A stretch of 50,884 nt of DNA, from assembly GCF_006345805.1 (NCBI RefSeq), contig NW_021831896.1:1-50884 (forward strand), written 5' to 3'. Origin of the DNA: Octopus sinensis (taxonomy: Eukaryota). The notes beneath the pieces are model-generated. The model was given only the letters and a program-made list of their open reading frames with translations. It was not told the DNA's origin and searched no databases. Each line of letters opens with the position of its first letter. The first letter of the stretch is position 1. Positions 47,786 through 50,884 of the stretch are shown piece by piece. The position numbers were made by a program, and so were the translations under genes.

Positions 47786-48735
47786 TGTGTGTGTGTTTAT
47801 GTGTGTGCCTGTGTGTGTGCATGTATGTGTGTGTATGTGTGTGTATGTGTATGTATGTCTGCGTGTGTGTGTGGGGGTGTGTGTATGAATGAATTAGGTG
47901 TACATGTCCATACATGTCCCTGCATGTGTGTGTGCATGGCTGTGTATGTATGTGTATGGAATGTATATGCATATGTATAACCATACATATATATATATGG
48001 CGGTGCCCCAGCATGGCCACAGCTCGTGAGCTGAAACTAGATAAAATATAAATATAAAAAATATATATACATACATACACACACACACATATAGATACAT
48101 AGTTACATACACCCATATATAAATGTGTGTGTGTGCTTATGATAAGAGGCAAAGCTGGCATGATGAGGGCAAATCATTGATGAAGTCTTGAATAACAACA
48201 AAAGGACTCTGACGAACCAGCTGATTAATTAATTGATTATCAAAGGAGTGATCAAGCAATAGATAAGGTAATTGGTTAACGAGTTGACTGCTAATAATTA
48301 AAAGAAGTGAAAAATAACCAGTGCATGAGTTCCATATTGGCAATAAGACCCTCCCAAAATGTGACAATATATATATATTTTTATATACATGTGTGTGTGT
48401 GTGTGTGTGTGTGTGAGAGTGTGTATAGATATTTAGATAGATAAATAGATTAATAGATAGATAGATGCACAAATTCAGACATACAGGAACTTCAAAAACA
48501 TATATACTTGTATGTGTGCTAATGTATGCATACACACACACATACACACGCACACACATATACATACTTATACATACAGACATGTATATATATATACATA
48601 TATGTGTGTGTGTGTGTGTGTGTTGTATATATATTATATATTATATATAGAGAGAGAGAGAGAGAGAGCTATGTATAGATATATATATATAATATATGCA
48701 TATATATATATACATATGTATAATATATAATATAG

Positions 48736-48779
<44 letters not shown>

Positions 48780-48805
48780 CTGTATATATACACACACACA
48801 TATAT

Positions 48806-49095
48806 ATCATCATCATCATCATCATCATCGTTTAACGTCCGTTCTCCATGCTAGCACGGGTGGACGGTTCGACCGGGGTTCTGGGAAGCCAGAAGGCTGC
48901 ACCAGGCTCCAGTCTAATCTGGCAATGTTTCTACAGCTGGATGCCCTTCCTAACGCCAACCACTCCGTGAGTGTAGTGGGTGCTTTTTACGTGCCACCTG
49001 CACAGGTGCCAGGCGAGGCTGGCAACGGCCACGGTCAGATTGGTGTATTTTATGTGCCACCGGCACGGAAGCCAGTCGAGGCGGTGCTGGCATCA
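48806..49095 (-). mobile_element. S3
   Basis: (CAT)n tail; gatgcccttcctaacgccaacc; two internal units. Confidence 0.85.
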
Positions 49096-49478
49096 TATTT
49101 ATACATACAGAGATATATAATGGACAGTTGATAATTCACTCTATTACAACTCAATTACTTGCCGTGTATAGTCGGTCATTCAAACAATCTCCGTGATGCC
49201 TGGACGTCTCATTCTGCTCTACTTTGTATATGAAACCACTTCCAAATTATTACCACACGCACACACACAACCACACACACAGCCACACATATACATGCAT
49301 GCACAGGAACATTTGTGCATGTGTATGTCTGTGCATGGTAAGTAGATGCACATGAACATAGTGAATAGTGTCTTAATTCATTTAATTATACTCTTTATTC
49401 ATTGAGAGTGCTCCACAATTTAAATAATAATTAGAGCTTTGACCATTGCTTATGTAAAATGAATAAATGATAAGAATA

Positions 49479-49644
49479 GATTTCATATATACCCATTTAA
49501 AGAAAATATATACACCCATGAATTTCATTTATACTCATAAGGAATATATATATACCAATAAATTTCATATACCCATTTGAAGAGAATATATATACCTGTG
49601 AATTTCATTATATATTATTGAAAATGATATATAATGAAATATAT

Positions 49645-49678
<34 letters not shown>

Positions 49679-49765
49679 ATATATGTATATACCAATAAAT
49701 TTCATATATACCAATTTAAAGAAAATATATACACCTATGAATTACATTTATACTCATATAATGAA

Positions 49766-49797
<32 letters not shown>

Positions 49798-49850
49798 ACA
49801 TACCCATAAATTCCATATAGATCCATATAAAGAAAATGTGCTTATTTACC
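49479..49850. repeat. Degenerate AT-rich minisatellite, ~80 bp units
   Basis: tttcatatatacccatttaaagaaaatatatacacc(c/t)atgaatt recurs 3-4 times. Confidence 0.7.
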
Positions 49851-50361
49851 TAAATGCAATCATCTGGGACATCAAGATGTTTTTGTCCTATTTACTGCTT
49901 ATGAAGTGCTCATGAAGCCCTATTATTAATTCTAGTGACTTGAAGGGGTTAAACATACAGCAACCAGAACATATAACAAAAACAATGTGAACATAATTAT
50001 ATACAACATTAAAAAGGTTGTGGAAAAATGCAAGCAGATATATTACTATGGCTTCTTTTGAGCATATCTGAGAGTGCCAAATATACTCAAGGGAAGGCAT
50101 ATTTAGATTTGTGGTGAAGATAGCAACCTGTCTAAACTTCCAAAGATGATGCCTTATTGTTCTCTCAAGTGTTTAATGAATTGTTATATGTTGTCTAATT
50201 TAATGATATTTATTAATTAATGAGATGAACACACAAGAATTCTATTCAGACAAATATGTAAGTTGAATCTGGTGAAACTTTAAATTGTAGAATTAATTTG
50301 ATGATATAATTAACTTTAACAATTCTCTTTGTGGACACATCTGAAATATATAACCCTTTCC

Positions 50362-50568
50362 CTTGTAGGCACAAAGCCTGAAATTTTGAGGGAGGGGGTA
50401 AGTTGATTAGGTCGACTCCCAGTGCTCAACTGGTACTTATTTTATTGACCCCGGAAGGATGAAAAGTAAAGTCAACCTCAACAGCATTTGAAACCAGAAC
50501 GTTAAGACAATTGAAATGCTGCTAAACATTTTGCCTTGTGTGCTAACGATTCTGCCAGATGGCCACCT
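50362..50568 (-). mobile_element. S2
   Basis: Reverse complement of the S2 consensus. Confidence 0.8.
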
Positions 50569-50623
50569 TCTGAAATATATAATGAACTACTACATACACA
50601 CACACACACACACACATATGATA

Positions 50624-50669
50624 ATTAATATCACCTTATCAAAAGGTTATTTGATAAGGTGATATTAAT
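50624..50669. repeat. Perfect 20 bp hairpin with 6 nt loop
   Basis: attaatatcaccttatcaaa aggtta tttgataaggtgatattaat. Confidence 0.85.
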
Positions 50670-50811
50670 CAATAATTAAATGGTTGACAAACTTGAGTTA
50701 CGTATTGATATTCATTGGCCTAAAGCTGTTTCAGCTATCAGGAAATGTGTACCCAGAGTAGAGAGCTAGTACACCGTTTTATAGCCTCTATAGGTTCTTT
50801 AGAGGCATATG

Positions 50812-50884
<73 letters not shown>

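Noticed and set aside
48172-48226. UUGAUGA-A-GUC...GAC-GAA-CCAGC-UGAUU
   Set aside because: It needs three repairs (C3, A15.1, U16.1). It may be a decayed member of the class but is not supportable alone.
49860-50170. Unique-looking region as a coding or transposase relic
   Set aside because: Stops occur in the frames read and I recognise no motif.
50717-50745. Minus-strand CUGAUAGCUGAAACAGCUUUAGG
   Set aside because: There is no helix II and the core is altered; at best a deleted remnant.

Overview
This is repeat-saturated, AT-rich metazoan DNA, inferred to be from an octopod cephalopod because of the dense TA/CA/CAT/AAT microsatellites and tRNA-derived SINEs resembling the octopus OR/OK families. 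No complete host gene is recognisable, and most listed ORFs are microsatellite translations. Four SINE-like families are present: S1, a ~400 bp tRNA-head SINE with an internal microsatellite (~20 copies or fragments); S2, with a Meta/MESC-like domain; S3, with a (GAT)n tail; and S4, with a CORE-like domain. DNA transposons comprise two decayed maT-type Tc1/mariner elements (DD37D spacing countable in one), a mariner relic and a piggyBac-type MITE. RTE and CR1 LINE ends are also present, as is a Penelope-like (PLE) ORF relic with a GIY-YIG domain split by three SINEs. The main hidden signal is a set of short TA-flanked PLE terminal-repeat (pLTR) families carrying minimal type I hammerhead ribozyme (HHR) folds. 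These show covarying stems, palindromic or very short helix III, non-canonical cores (U6, C8, U3/A8) and frequent inverted-repeat arrangement, including a perfect 158 bp palindrome with one HHR on each strand. A CpG-retaining candidate promoter/first exon (~24186-24339) and two weak minus-strand exon candidates hint at host genes. All folds and translations were done by eye, and family names S1-S4 and A-I are my own working labels.
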